NCBI GenBank assembly: GCA_035494735.1
Contig: DATJGS010000037.1
Location: 81,637-145,636 of the forward strand
Source: Candidatus Saccharimonadaceae bacterium
GTDB taxonomy: Bacteria > Eisenbacteria > RBG-16-71-46
DNA: 64,000 nt
Direction: 5' to 3'
The translations under genes were made by a program, and so were the position numbers. Below the pieces are notes generated by a model. It had not been told where the DNA came from and ran no database searches. It saw nothing but the letters and a program-made list of their open reading frames with translations. Positions 36,989-46,690 of the stretch are shown one piece after another (the stretch's first letter is position 1; every line of letters starts with the position of its first letter).

Positions 36989-38451
36989 ACGCCGTGGACC
37001 GCGTGACGGGCCTCGCGCCAGGCCGGACCCCGGCGCCGTGGCGCGCCGCGAGACGGGGCATCGCGGCCCTTCGCGCCGCCGCGCAAGGGTTGGGGCTGTC
37101 GGCCGCGCTGGCCCTGGCGCTCGTACCCGGCGCCGCGCATGCGCGGACGACGCGCGTTCCCGCCGTGCGTGGCGCCGCGCAGGCCGCGATCTCCGCGGCC
37201 GCGCCCGGCGACACGCTGATCCTGGAGGCGGGGGTCCATCCCGGGCCGCTTCTCGTCGATCGAGCGCTGACCGTGCGGGGGGAGCGCGGCGCGATCGTCG
37301 ATGGAGGCGGTTCCGGATCGACCCTGACCGTGACCGCGTCCGGGACGCGCGTCGAGGATCTCGCCGTCCGCCATTGCGGCACGCGCGTCATCACGGTCGA
37401 CGCCGGCGTGCGCGTGCTCGAGGCCGCGAACGTCACGTTGACGCGGCTCGCGCTCGGCGACGTGCTGTACGGCGTCGACGTCGAGCGCTCGCCGAACCTC
37501 GTCGTGCGCGACTGCGTCTTGCGCGGCCGCGTTGCGGGCGGGGGCGACGACGGCGAAGGCAACGGCCTCCACGTGTGGTACTCGACCGGCGCAACGCTCA
37601 CCGGCAACGACGTCAGCCACTTCGAGGACGCGGTCTACCTGTCGTTCGCGAACGACGCGCGCGCGATCGGCAATCGCCTGCACGACGACGGGCGCTACGG
37701 CTTCCACACGATGTACTGCCAGGGCAGCGTGCTCGAACGGAACGTGTTCACGAGGAACGCGGCGGGCTGCGCCATCATGTTCTCGAACCACCTGCGCGTC
37801 GCGCACAACCGCTTCGAGCACAACCGCGGCCCGCGCACGTACGGCTTGCTGCTGCGCGACTGCTCGGACGGCACGTTCGAGGGAAACGCGCTCGTCGACA
37901 ACACCATCGCCATGTTCCTCGACAACTCGAACCGCAATCGCGTGCGCGAGAACCTGCTGCTCGACAACGGCTGGGGCGTGCTGATGTTCTCGTCGTGCGC
38001 CGGAAACGAGTTCACGCGGAACGCGTTCCTGCACGACGACTACGCGGTCGCGATCGACATGAAGTACACCGACAATCGCTTCGACGATGGGCGCGTCGGC
38101 AACTACTGGAGCGATCACGCGCCGTACGACCTCGACGGCGACGGGCTGGGTGACGCGCCGTATTCGCCCGTCGGCACATTCGCGTTCCTGTCGAAGCAGT
38201 ACCCGGACCTGTCCGTGCTCGCGAAAAGCCCGGCGGTCGCCGCGCTGTCGGTGGCCGAGCAGGTGCTGCCCGCGATGCGCCCCAGCGAGGCCATGGATCG
38301 CCACCCGCTCGTGGCGCCGCCGCCGCTCGCGCGCCAGGGCCTCGTCGCCCTGCCGCGCGGCCGGCGCGCGACGCCGTGGGCCGCGGCGGCATTCGGCTCC
38401 ATCGCGCTCCTGTCGCTGGGCGGCCTCGGCGTCGGACGGTGGCGCGCATGA
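36985..38451 (+). CDS. nosD: Periplasmic right-handed beta-helix protein.
   Basis: Parallel beta-helix repeat pattern and position in the operon. Confidence 0.8.
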   Translation: MNAVDRVTGLAPGRTPAPWRAARRGIAALRAAAQGLGLSAALALALVPGAAHARTTRVPAVRGAAQAAISAAAPGDTLILEAGVHPGPLLVDRALTVRGERGAIVDGGGSGSTLTVTASGTRVEDLAVRHCGTRVITVDAGVRVLEAANVTLTRLALGDVLYGVDVERSPNLVVRDCVLRGRVAGGGDDGEGNGLHVWYSTGATLTGNDVSHFEDAVYLSFANDARAIGNRLHDDGRYGFHTMYCQGSVLERNVFTRNAAGCAIMFSNHLRVAHNRFEHNRGPRTYGLLLRDCSDGTFEGNALVDNTIAMFLDNSNRNRVRENLLLDNGWGVLMFSSCAGNEFTRNAFLHDDYAVAIDMKYTDNRFDDGRVGNYWSDHAPYDLDGDGLGDAPYSPVGTFAFLSKQYPDLSVLAKSPAVAALSVAEQVLPAMRPSEAMDRHPLVAPPPLARQGLVALPRGRRATPWAAAAFGSIALLSLGGLGVGRWRA

Positions 38452-39359
38452 TCCGCGTGTCGGGCCTGGTCAAGCGCTTCGGCGCGATCCGTGCGGTCGA
38501 CGATCTGAGCTTCGAAGTCGAAGCCGGCGAGACGTTCGCCGTCATCGGCCCGAACGGCGCCGGCAAGACCACGATGCTCAAGACGCTGCTCGGGCTGACG
38601 CGGCCGGACGCGGGGAGCATCGTTGTCGGGCCGCACCACCTGGCGCCGACGGATCCGCGCGCGCGCCACGACCTCGGCTACGTGCCGCAGCGCGTCACGT
38701 TCCCGCCCGGGCGAAGCGTCGAAGAGGTGTTGGGCTTTTTCGCGGCGCTGCGCGGGCTCGACGGCGGCGCCGCACGCGCGGCGTTGCGCCGCGTCGGGCT
38801 CGAGTCGCTGGCGGCGCGGCGCGCGAGCGAGCTGTCCGGCGGCTACACCCAGCGCCTGTCGCTGGCCCAGGCGCTGCTCGGCGAACCCGCGCTGCTCGTG
38901 CTGGACGAGCCGACCGCCAGTCTCGACCCCGAGGCCACGTGGGAGTTCCGCTCGTTGATCGAGCAGCAGCGTCGCGACGGCAAGACCATCCTCCTTTGCT
39001 CCCACCTGCTCGCCGAGGTCGAACGCGTCGCGGACCGCGTGCTCATCCTGGTCGAGGGCCGGCGCGCCGCGCTCGAGCGGCTGTCCGAGCTGAGGCTGCG
39101 CCAGATGCGCGCAACGCAGCTCGTGATCGAGATCCGTGAGGCGGAGCCGTCCGTCGCGGCCGTGGTCTCGGGCGCGGCGCCGGGCGCGGCGTGGCTCTCG
39201 CCCACGCGGCTCACCATCGACAATGTCGACGGTGTGGGCCTCGACGCGCTGGACGCGCTGCGTCGCGCGGGCGTCGCGGTGCGCTCGTTCGAGATCCAGC
39301 GGCCGACGCTCGAGGAGCTGTTCCTCCAGGTCGTGCGGCGCGGGAGGCACCATGCGTAG
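38448..39359 (+). CDS. nosF: ABC ATPase.
   Basis: GPNGAGKTT, LSGGYTQRLSLAQAL, LVLDEPT. Confidence 0.85.
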   Translation: MIRVSGLVKRFGAIRAVDDLSFEVEAGETFAVIGPNGAGKTTMLKTLLGLTRPDAGSIVVGPHHLAPTDPRARHDLGYVPQRVTFPPGRSVEEVLGFFAALRGLDGGAARAALRRVGLESLAARRASELSGGYTQRLSLAQALLGEPALLVLDEPTASLDPEATWEFRSLIEQQRRDGKTILLCSHLLAEVERVADRVLILVEGRRAALERLSELRLRQMRATQLVIEIREAEPSVAAVVSGAAPGAAWLSPTRLTIDNVDGVGLDALDALRRAGVAVRSFEIQRPTLEELFLQVVRRGRHHA

Positions 39360-39846
39360 GCCGTGGGCGCAGTCGTTGGTTCGAGGCGACGGTGGCCGGC
39401 CCGGCACCGGGCTGGCCGCGCCGTTCCTCGCCCGACTCGCGCTCACCGCACTGCTCCTTGTGGCGTTCGCAGGTTGCGCGCGGCGCGCGGGACCGCCGTC
39501 GATCGCCGGTGGCGTCGAGTGCACCCGCTGCAGCATGGAGACCAGCAGCCGGCACTTCGCGTGCGAGCGCGAGGTCTCGGGAAAATGGCTCGTGTACGAC
39601 GCGCTCGAGTGTTTGGCTCGCGACGCGGGACGCGAAGATCCGACGGCCATCTGGCTGCCGGACTACGACGAAGGAACGCTGCACCGTGCGGACTCCCTGT
39701 GGATCGTGCACGGCGACCTCGCGACGCCGATGGGCGGCGGACTCGTGGCGTTCATGAGCCGCGCCGCGGCGGACACGATCGCGGCTTCCTCTCACGGCGT
39801 GGTCGGGCGCTGGCGCGAGATCGCGCCCGGGATGGCCAGGCCATGA
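39352..39846 (+). CDS. nosL: Copper-chaperone lipoprotein NosL-like.
   Basis: Lipobox LVAFAGC; about 164 aa; position in the operon. Confidence 0.65.
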   Translation: MRRPWAQSLVRGDGGRPGTGLAAPFLARLALTALLLVAFAGCARRAGPPSIAGGVECTRCSMETSSRHFACEREVSGKWLVYDALECLARDAGREDPTAIWLPDYDEGTLHRADSLWIVHGDLATPMGGGLVAFMSRAAADTIAASSHGVVGRWREIAPGMARP

Positions 39847-40256
39847 CGCGGCCCTACGTCGTGCTGCTCGTCGTCGCGGTCGTCGCCGCCGTCGCGCTCG
39901 GCGTGATCGGCCGGCGCCGTCCGTCCCCGCGCGCGGCGGTCACGGCGCCGATCACGCTGCCCACGGTCGCGCTCGGCATCCAAGTGCGGGACGGCGCGGT
40001 CGAACCCGCGAACGCGGCCGTGCCCAAGGATCACCGCGTCGAACTGGACGTCGTCAATCGCGGGCGCGCCACGGTCTCGGTGCGCCTCGCCGGCTACGAG
40101 GACCACGTGGCGATCGATTCGCTGGCCGCGGGCGCGTCGCGCCACGTCACGTTCGACGCGGATCGCCCGGGCGAGGACTTCGCGTGGCTGCTGGACGGGC
40201 GTCCGGTCGGGCGGCTGTCCGTGACCGGCTCGCACCTCGCGGAGGGACGGCGATGA
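39843..40256 (+). CDS. Small membrane-anchored cupredoxin-like protein with no obvious Cu ligands, inserted between nosL and nosY.
   Basis: N-terminal TM helix and a roughly 100-aa beta-sandwich with a V.L.VVN.G.....F.A..PG.Y..W-type pattern; ATGA overlaps on both sides. Confidence 0.5.
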   Translation: MTRPYVVLLVVAVVAAVALGVIGRRRPSPRAAVTAPITLPTVALGIQVRDGAVEPANAAVPKDHRVELDVVNRGRATVSVRLAGYEDHVAIDSLAAGASRHVTFDADRPGEDFAWLLDGRPVGRLSVTGSHLAEGRR

Positions 40257-41092
40257 GCCTGCGCGCGAAGTTCGTGCGCGTGCGCGTGGTCGGTGCCGAG
40301 GAGTACCGGCGCGCGCTCGAGACGCGCTGGTTGTTCGGCTTCACGACGCTGTTCGCCGCGCTGGTGCTCGGCCTGTCCTACTTCGGCCTCGCGCAGGGCC
40401 ACGAAGTCGGCTTCCAGGGGTTCGCGCGCACGACGCTGAGCCTCATGAACCTCGTGCTGCTCGTCGTGCCGCTGTGCGCGCTCCTGCTCGGCGTCACGAG
40501 CCTGGCGGGTGGCGGCGACACGCTGCCGCTGCTGCTGGCCCAGCCGGTGTCGCGCGGCGAGGTGCTGGCCGGCAAGTTTGCCGGGCTGGCCGCCGCGCTC
40601 ACCGTCGCGCAGGGCCTCGGCTTCGGCGTGGGCGGACTCGTCGTCGCGCTGAACGCCGGCGCCGACCAATTGCCCGGGTTCGTCGCGCTCACCGTGCTGT
40701 CGATGGCGCTCGGCTGGCTGCACCTCGCGGTCGCGCTGGCCATCGGCGCGATATGGCCCGACCGGCTGCGCGCGATGTCGATCGCGCTGCTTCTCTGGCT
40801 CGTGCTGGTCGTCGCGTACGACCTGATCGTGCTCGGCGCGACGACGCTGCTGAGCGGCTTCCCGCTGCAAAGCGTTCTCGTACCCGCCCTGCTCCTCAAT
40901 CCCGTGGACCTGGCGCGCGTGCTCGTCACGATCGCGGTCGGTTCGGGGGCGCTGTTCGGGCCCACGTCGGCGGTGCTGGTCAAGACGTTCGGCGCCACGC
41001 GCGGCGTCGCGCTCGGCGTCTTCGTGCTCGTGGTCGAGACCTTGGTGCCGCTGGTGATCGCGGCCCACGTCTTCCGCCGCCGCGACTGGTAG
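40253..41092 (+). CDS. nosY: ABC-2 type permease.
   Basis: Six TM segments and position in the operon. Confidence 0.8.
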   Translation: MSLRAKFVRVRVVGAEEYRRALETRWLFGFTTLFAALVLGLSYFGLAQGHEVGFQGFARTTLSLMNLVLLVVPLCALLLGVTSLAGGGDTLPLLLAQPVSRGEVLAGKFAGLAAALTVAQGLGFGVGGLVVALNAGADQLPGFVALTVLSMALGWLHLAVALAIGAIWPDRLRAMSIALLLWLVLVVAYDLIVLGATTLLSGFPLQSVLVPALLLNPVDLARVLVTIAVGSGALFGPTSAVLVKTFGATRGVALGVFVLVVETLVPLVIAAHVFRRRDW

Positions 41093-41238
41093 CCGAGCCG
41101 GCGCGGCAACGGCCGCCCCCGCCCCGCTCCCTTCCCGGCCCCGCCTCATCTGAAGGGCGTTCGAATCGCGTTTCGCGCTCCGCCGGGGGCTGGACTAGAA
41201 TCCCCGCCGCCCCTGCGAACCCCATCGAGGAGAGTGTC

Positions 41239-42222
41239 TTGTCCCGCGTTTACGATGTCTTGATCCTGGGCACCGGCCCTGCTGGATATACCGCCGCGCT
41301 GTACGCGGCCCGCGCGAACCTGAAGCCGCTCGTGATCTCGGGCTACCAGCCGGGCGGCCAGCTCACCATCACGACCGAGGTCGAGAACTACCCAGGCTTC
41401 CGCGAAGCCATTCTCGGCCCCGAGCTGATGGAACGCATGCGCGACCAGGTGCTGCGCTTCGGCGCCGAGATCGTGTCGGCCGCGGTCGACAGCGTCGACC
41501 TCACGAAGCGCCCGTTCATCGTGAGCGCGGACGGTCAGGTGTATCGCACGCGCGCCCTGATCGTGGCGACCGGGGCCTCGGCCAAGCTGCTCGGGATCGA
41601 GAGCGAGCAGAAGCTCATGGGCTTCGGCGTGTCGGCGTGCGCCACGTGCGACGGTTTCTTCTTCCGCGACAAGCCGGTGATGGTGATCGGCGGCGGCGAC
41701 ACGGCGATGGAGGAGGCCACGTACCTCACGCGCTTCTGCCATGAAGTCGTGGTCGTGCATCGCCGCGATACGCTGCGCGCTTCCAAGATCATGCAGGAGC
41801 GCGCGCTCAAGAATCCGCGCATCCGCTTCATCTGGGACAGCGAGCTGGTCGAAGTCCTCGGCGTCGAGGACAACAAGGTGCGCGGCGTCCGCCTGAAGAA
41901 CCTGAAGACCGGCGAGATCAGCGAGCACGCGACGGCCGGCGTGTTCATCGCCATCGGCCATCAGCCGAACACGTCGTTCCTCGTCGGCCAGCTGCCGATG
42001 GACGAACGCGGCTACCTGACCGTGGAGCCCGGCAGCACGCGCACCGGCGTGCCCGGCGTGTTCGTGGCCGGCGACGTGGCGGACCCGACGTACCGCCAGG
42101 CGGTGACGGCGGCGGGCACCGGCTGCATGGCCGCGATCGATGCCGAGCGCTGGCTCGAGGCCGAGAACCACGCGCACGCCGCAGAAGCCGAAACGGAGTC
42201 CGTCCCGGCGCGTCGCGCCTAA
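41239..42222 (+). CDS. trxB: Thioredoxin reductase.
   Basis: GxGxxG FAD and NAD motifs and a CATCDG redox-active site; TTG start assumed. Confidence 0.9.
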   Translation: MSRVYDVLILGTGPAGYTAALYAARANLKPLVISGYQPGGQLTITTEVENYPGFREAILGPELMERMRDQVLRFGAEIVSAAVDSVDLTKRPFIVSADGQVYRTRALIVATGASAKLLGIESEQKLMGFGVSACATCDGFFFRDKPVMVIGGGDTAMEEATYLTRFCHEVVVVHRRDTLRASKIMQERALKNPRIRFIWDSELVEVLGVEDNKVRGVRLKNLKTGEISEHATAGVFIAIGHQPNTSFLVGQLPMDERGYLTVEPGSTRTGVPGVFVAGDVADPTYRQAVTAAGTGCMAAIDAERWLEAENHAHAAEAETESVPARRA

Positions 42223-42255
42223 CCCAGAGAAGCGCCGCTCTTCGATCGGAAGACC

Positions 42256-43965
42256 ATGGAACGCGAAATCCTCGAGTTCGACGTCCAGTTCGTCGGCGCC
42301 GGCCCGGCCGGGCTGGCCGGCGCGATTCATCTCTCGAACCTCATCGAGCGCCACAACCAGTCGGTCGCCGCGGGCGCGCCGGGCACGTCGCTCGGCGAGG
42401 TCACGATCGCCGTGCTCGAGAAATCGGCGACGGTGGGCGCGCACGGCATCTCGGGCGCGGTCATGGACCCGCGCGGCATGCGCGAGCTGATCCCCGACTA
42501 CCTCGAGAAGGGCTGCCCGGTCTCGAGCGACGTGACGAGCGACGATGTGTACATGCTGTGGCACGACGGCCACGTGCGGCTGCCGCTGACGCCGCCGATG
42601 CTCGCGAACCACGGCAACCACATCCTGTCGCTCGGCCGGCTCGTCGCGTGGATGGCCGAGATCGCGGAGCAGAAGGGCGTGCTGATCGCGACCGAGACGC
42701 CGGCGGCGCGCGCGCTGGTCGAGAACGGCCGCGTCGTCGGAGTGATGGCCGGCGACAAGGGCGTCGACAAGTCGGGCGCGAAGAAGTCGACGTACCAGCC
42801 CGGCGCCGAGTGCCGCGCGAAGGCCACGGTGCTGTGCGAGGGCCCGCGCGGCACGATCGCCAAGCAGCTCGAGACCCAGCTCGGCCTCACGATCGGCCGC
42901 AACGCGCAGGTCTACGCGACCGGCGTGAAGGAGCTGTGGGAGATGCCGGCCGGGCGGGTGCAGAAGGGCCGCGTCATCCACACCATGGGATTCCCGCTGT
43001 CCGTGGACACGTTCGGCGGCGGATTCATCTACGGGCTCGACGAGACGCACTGGGCGATCGGCTGCGTCACCGGGCTCGACGCGCACGATCCGACGAACGA
43101 TCCGCACGCGAACCTGCAGCTCATGAAGACGCACCCGCTGGTGCGCGCGCTGCTGGAAGGCGGCAAGCCGGTCGCGTACGGCGCGAAGGCGATCCCGGAA
43201 GGCGGCTACTGGGCGATGCCGAAGCTGAGCGCGGACGGCGTGCTGCTGTGCGGCGACTCGGGCGGGTTCCTGAACGGCGGGCGCCTGAAGGGCGTCCACC
43301 TCGCGATCAAGTCGGGGATGATGGCCGCCGAGACCCTGTTCGAGTGCCTGCTCGCCGGCGACTTCGCGAAGGAGCGCCTGGCCGGCTACGAGAAGCGCTT
43401 CGAGTCGTCATGGGCGGCCGAGGAACTGCGCGGCATGCGCAATTTCCACCAGGGCTTCGAGCACGGCATGTTCGCGGGCATGGCGAACGTCGGCTTCGGG
43501 ATGGTGTTCGGCGGCCGCGACTGGCTGCTGCGCGATCGCGTGCCGAACGCGCCCGGGCACGAGCGCATGCGCAAGCTCGCGGACGTGCATCCGCAGGGCA
43601 AGCCGGCGCCGTTCAAGGCCGACGGCGTGCTCACGTTCGACAAGCTCGCGGACGTGTACCTGTCGGGCACGACGCACGACGAGGACCAGCCGGTGCACCT
43701 GGTCGTGGCCGACACGACTATCTGCGCGACGCGCTGCCGCAGCGAGTACGGGAATCCCTGCCAGCACTTCTGTCCGGCGAACGTGTACGAGATGGTGCCC
43801 GACGAATCGAAGCCGGCGCCGGCGGGCGGGCCGCAGCCCCTCAAGCTGCACATCAACGCGTCGAATTGCGTGCACTGCAAGACCTGCGACATCGCCGACC
43901 CTTACCAGATCATCACGTGGGTGACGCCGGAGGGCGGCGGCGGGCCGGACTACAAACAGCTGTAG
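42256..43965 (+). CDS. Electron-transfer flavoprotein-ubiquinone oxidoreductase.
   Basis: FAD-binding N-terminus and a C-terminal 4Fe-4S ferredoxin-like CxxCxxC...C region. Confidence 0.88.
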   Translation: MEREILEFDVQFVGAGPAGLAGAIHLSNLIERHNQSVAAGAPGTSLGEVTIAVLEKSATVGAHGISGAVMDPRGMRELIPDYLEKGCPVSSDVTSDDVYMLWHDGHVRLPLTPPMLANHGNHILSLGRLVAWMAEIAEQKGVLIATETPAARALVENGRVVGVMAGDKGVDKSGAKKSTYQPGAECRAKATVLCEGPRGTIAKQLETQLGLTIGRNAQVYATGVKELWEMPAGRVQKGRVIHTMGFPLSVDTFGGGFIYGLDETHWAIGCVTGLDAHDPTNDPHANLQLMKTHPLVRALLEGGKPVAYGAKAIPEGGYWAMPKLSADGVLLCGDSGGFLNGGRLKGVHLAIKSGMMAAETLFECLLAGDFAKERLAGYEKRFESSWAAEELRGMRNFHQGFEHGMFAGMANVGFGMVFGGRDWLLRDRVPNAPGHERMRKLADVHPQGKPAPFKADGVLTFDKLADVYLSGTTHDEDQPVHLVVADTTICATRCRSEYGNPCQHFCPANVYEMVPDESKPAPAGGPQPLKLHINASNCVHCKTCDIADPYQIITWVTPEGGGGPDYKQL

Positions 43966-44065
43966 GGCGGCGACAGGCGAGGCGGCTCGCGGCGGGCGGC
44001 CCGGGGACCGATCGGCGGGCCCAAGTGTCGGGGAATCTTTGGACGGCTGGGGAGTACTACCCCTC

Positions 44066-45013
44066 ATGAAGCGCTGGCTGCCCCTCTGTCTCGGCCTCGT
44101 TCTCGCCGCGTCGCTCGCCTCGTGCGCGACCGTGGACCTGGTGCCGGCCGACGTGTCCATGCCGGCGGCGCGCGCCGCGCTGGCGCCCGACGTGCGCTTC
44201 TTCTACGACGCGCTCGCCGACGAGGGCGACTGGATCCTGATCGAGCCCTACGGCTACGTGTTCCGCCCGCGCGTGAACTTCGTGTCGTGGCGCCCTTACG
44301 AACAGGGCTTCTGGGTGCCGAGCGACGTGTACGGCTGGACGTGGATCTCGACCGAGCCGTTCGGCTGGGCCACGTATCACTACGGCCAGTGGATCTACGA
44401 CCGCTTCGACGGCTGGGTGTGGATCCCCGGCTCGGAGTGGGGCCCGGCGTGGGTCGCGTGGCAGGAAGGCGACGGTTTCGTGGGCTGGGCTCCGCTGGGT
44501 CCGGTCGGCGCCACGGGCTACGACGCCGTGCCGGGCGGGGCGTACACGTACGTGCCGACGGGCCAGATGGCGAGCACGAATCTCCCGCCGAATCTCAAGC
44601 ACGCGTCGGACCTGGTCTCGCGCCGCCCCGACCTCCAGCCCGTCGAGAACTTCGCCGAGCAGGCCGGCGTGCGCGTGAATCTCGGCCCGGTGCTCGGTGA
44701 CGTCGAGCGCGCCTCGGGGCACAGCATTCCGACCGTGCAGATCTCGGACCTGCTGCCGCAGCGCGGCCCGTCCGCGAACGCCCCCAAGCGTGGCGGCGGC
44801 CTGATGCCGCAGAACGCGGCCGCGGACACCGTGTCGCTCATCCGTCAAGTGGCGCAGCAGCAGACGCAAGAGGCGCGCGCGCTCGTGCGCGCCGGCGCGC
44901 CGCCGCCCGCCAAGCTTCCGCTGCTGCGCGTGAAGCGCCACGAGCACGCCGCGAAGCCCGGGCTGCTCCCGGCCGGCCGCAGCGCCCAGGCGCCCGCCGA
45001 CTCGACGCGCTAG
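44066..45013 (+). CDS. Lipoprotein with Trp/Gly-rich repeats.
   Basis: Lipobox LASC and repeated W..YGW.W / GW.W units. Confidence 0.6.
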   Translation: MKRWLPLCLGLVLAASLASCATVDLVPADVSMPAARAALAPDVRFFYDALADEGDWILIEPYGYVFRPRVNFVSWRPYEQGFWVPSDVYGWTWISTEPFGWATYHYGQWIYDRFDGWVWIPGSEWGPAWVAWQEGDGFVGWAPLGPVGATGYDAVPGGAYTYVPTGQMASTNLPPNLKHASDLVSRRPDLQPVENFAEQAGVRVNLGPVLGDVERASGHSIPTVQISDLLPQRGPSANAPKRGGGLMPQNAAADTVSLIRQVAQQQTQEARALVRAGAPPPAKLPLLRVKRHEHAAKPGLLPAGRSAQAPADSTR

Positions 45014-45040
45014 ACCGCGCTGGACGAGCGCCCGCCGCGC

Positions 45041-46225
45041 ATGAGTCCGTCCGAGACCGCCGAGGCCGCCGAGGCGGCGAGCCGCATCAAGTCGCGCGCG
45101 CGCGAATTGGGCTTCGAGGCGGTCGGCATCGCCTCGGTCGCGCCGCTCGAAGCCGCCGAGCACTATCAGGCATGGCTCGAGGCCGGTCGCCACGGCGACA
45201 TGCGCTATCTGGCGTCGCCCAAGCACCGCGCGCGACGCGCCGAGCCCGAGCGGCTGCTGCCCGGGCTGCGCGCCGTCGTGTGCGTCGCGATGTGCCACTC
45301 GCCCGCGCGCGATGACGCGCGCGACCGGCGACTCGGGCGCATCGCGCGCTACGCCGCCGGCGAGGACTACCACCACGTCATGCGCGACCGGCTGCGCGTG
45401 CTCGAGCGCTTCATCGAGCGCGACGCGCTGCCCGGCTCGCGCGCGCTGTGGTACGCGGACACCGGCGCGATCCTCGAGCGCGGCTGGGCCGAGCGCGCCG
45501 GGCTCGGCTGGATCGGCAAGCACTCGGGATTGCTGTCGCGCGAGCGCGGCTCTTGGTTCCTGCTCGGCGAGCTGCTCGTCGATCGTGCGCTCCCCGCCGA
45601 CGCGCCGGTGGACCGCGAGCACTGCGGATCGTGCACGCGCTGCCTCGACGTGTGCCCGACGCGCGCCATCATCGCGCCGTATCAGGTCGACGCGCGGCGC
45701 TGCCTGTCGTACCTCACCATCGAGTTCCGCGGCGTCATCCCGCGCGAGCTGCGCGCGTCCATGAGCGACTGGATCTTCGGCTGCGACCTGTGCCAGGACG
45801 TGTGCCCGTGGAACCGCTTCGCGCCCGAGTCGCGCGAGGCGCGTCTCGCGGCGCGCGACCTCGACGGCTGGACGCTCGAGCGCTTCCTCTCCCTCGATGA
45901 GCCCACGTTCCGCGAACTGTTCGCGACGAGCCCGATCCGCCGCGCGGGCCGCGACGCGTTCGTGCGCAACGTCTGCGTGGCCCTCGGCAACCGCGCGGAG
46001 GCGTCGGCCGTGCCGGCGCTCGCGCGCACGCTGGGCGCGGACACCTCGCCGCTCGTGCGCGGTCACGCGGCCTGGGCGCTCGGCGAGATCGCGCGGCTCC
46101 TGGGCGCCGAGAGCGCGGAGTGTTCCGTGGACGACATCCGCCGCGTGCTCGAGCGCGCCGCCGCCCAGGACGCCGACGACGCCGTGCGCGAAGAAGCGCG
46201 CGCGGCGCTGGCGCGCGTCGTGTAG
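45041..46225 (+). CDS. queG: Epoxyqueuosine reductase.
   Basis: Two 4Fe-4S clusters (CxxCxxC...CP) and C-terminal HEAT-like repeats. Confidence 0.85.
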   Translation: MSPSETAEAAEAASRIKSRARELGFEAVGIASVAPLEAAEHYQAWLEAGRHGDMRYLASPKHRARRAEPERLLPGLRAVVCVAMCHSPARDDARDRRLGRIARYAAGEDYHHVMRDRLRVLERFIERDALPGSRALWYADTGAILERGWAERAGLGWIGKHSGLLSRERGSWFLLGELLVDRALPADAPVDREHCGSCTRCLDVCPTRAIIAPYQVDARRCLSYLTIEFRGVIPRELRASMSDWIFGCDLCQDVCPWNRFAPESREARLAARDLDGWTLERFLSLDEPTFRELFATSPIRRAGRDAFVRNVCVALGNRAEASAVPALARTLGADTSPLVRGHAAWALGEIARLLGAESAECSVDDIRRVLERAAAQDADDAVREEARAALARVV

Positions 46226-46234
46226 GCTTGGGGC

Positions 46235-46654
46235 GTGAACATCACGCCCATCGACGACGATCAGCGCCTCTACGTCTCCGCCACCATCGACGACTGGAGC
46301 GAGATCCAGACGCTCGGCATCTCCGTGGTCGTGGACCTCGAGGGCACGATCGACTCCGGTATCCCGTCCGCGAACGGCGCGCTGCTCTACCTCTACTATC
46401 CGTTCGAGGATTCCGCCATCCCCGACGCGGAGCTGATCGAGTCGCTGGCCGTGTTCCTGGCCGACCTCGTGCGCCGCGGCCATCGCGTGCTCGTCCACTG
46501 CAGCATGGGGCTCAATCGTTCGCCGCTCGTGGCCGGCGCCGTGATGCGGCGCATGGGCTGGGGGCCGGAGGCGCTCATCGAACGCCTGCGCGAGCGCCGT
46601 CCCGGCGCGCTGTTCAACGAGGCGTACTGCGAGTATCTGCTGAAGAGCGTGTGA
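46235..46654 (+). CDS. Dual-specificity/tyrosine protein phosphatase.
   Basis: HCSMGLNRS CX5R P-loop; GTG start. Confidence 0.8.
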   Translation: MNITPIDDDQRLYVSATIDDWSEIQTLGISVVVDLEGTIDSGIPSANGALLYLYYPFEDSAIPDAELIESLAVFLADLVRRGHRVLVHCSMGLNRSPLVAGAVMRRMGWGPEALIERLRERRPGALFNEAYCEYLLKSV

Positions 46655-46690
46655 CGCGGCACGGACCCCGGCCGCGGCAACGCTTCGCGT

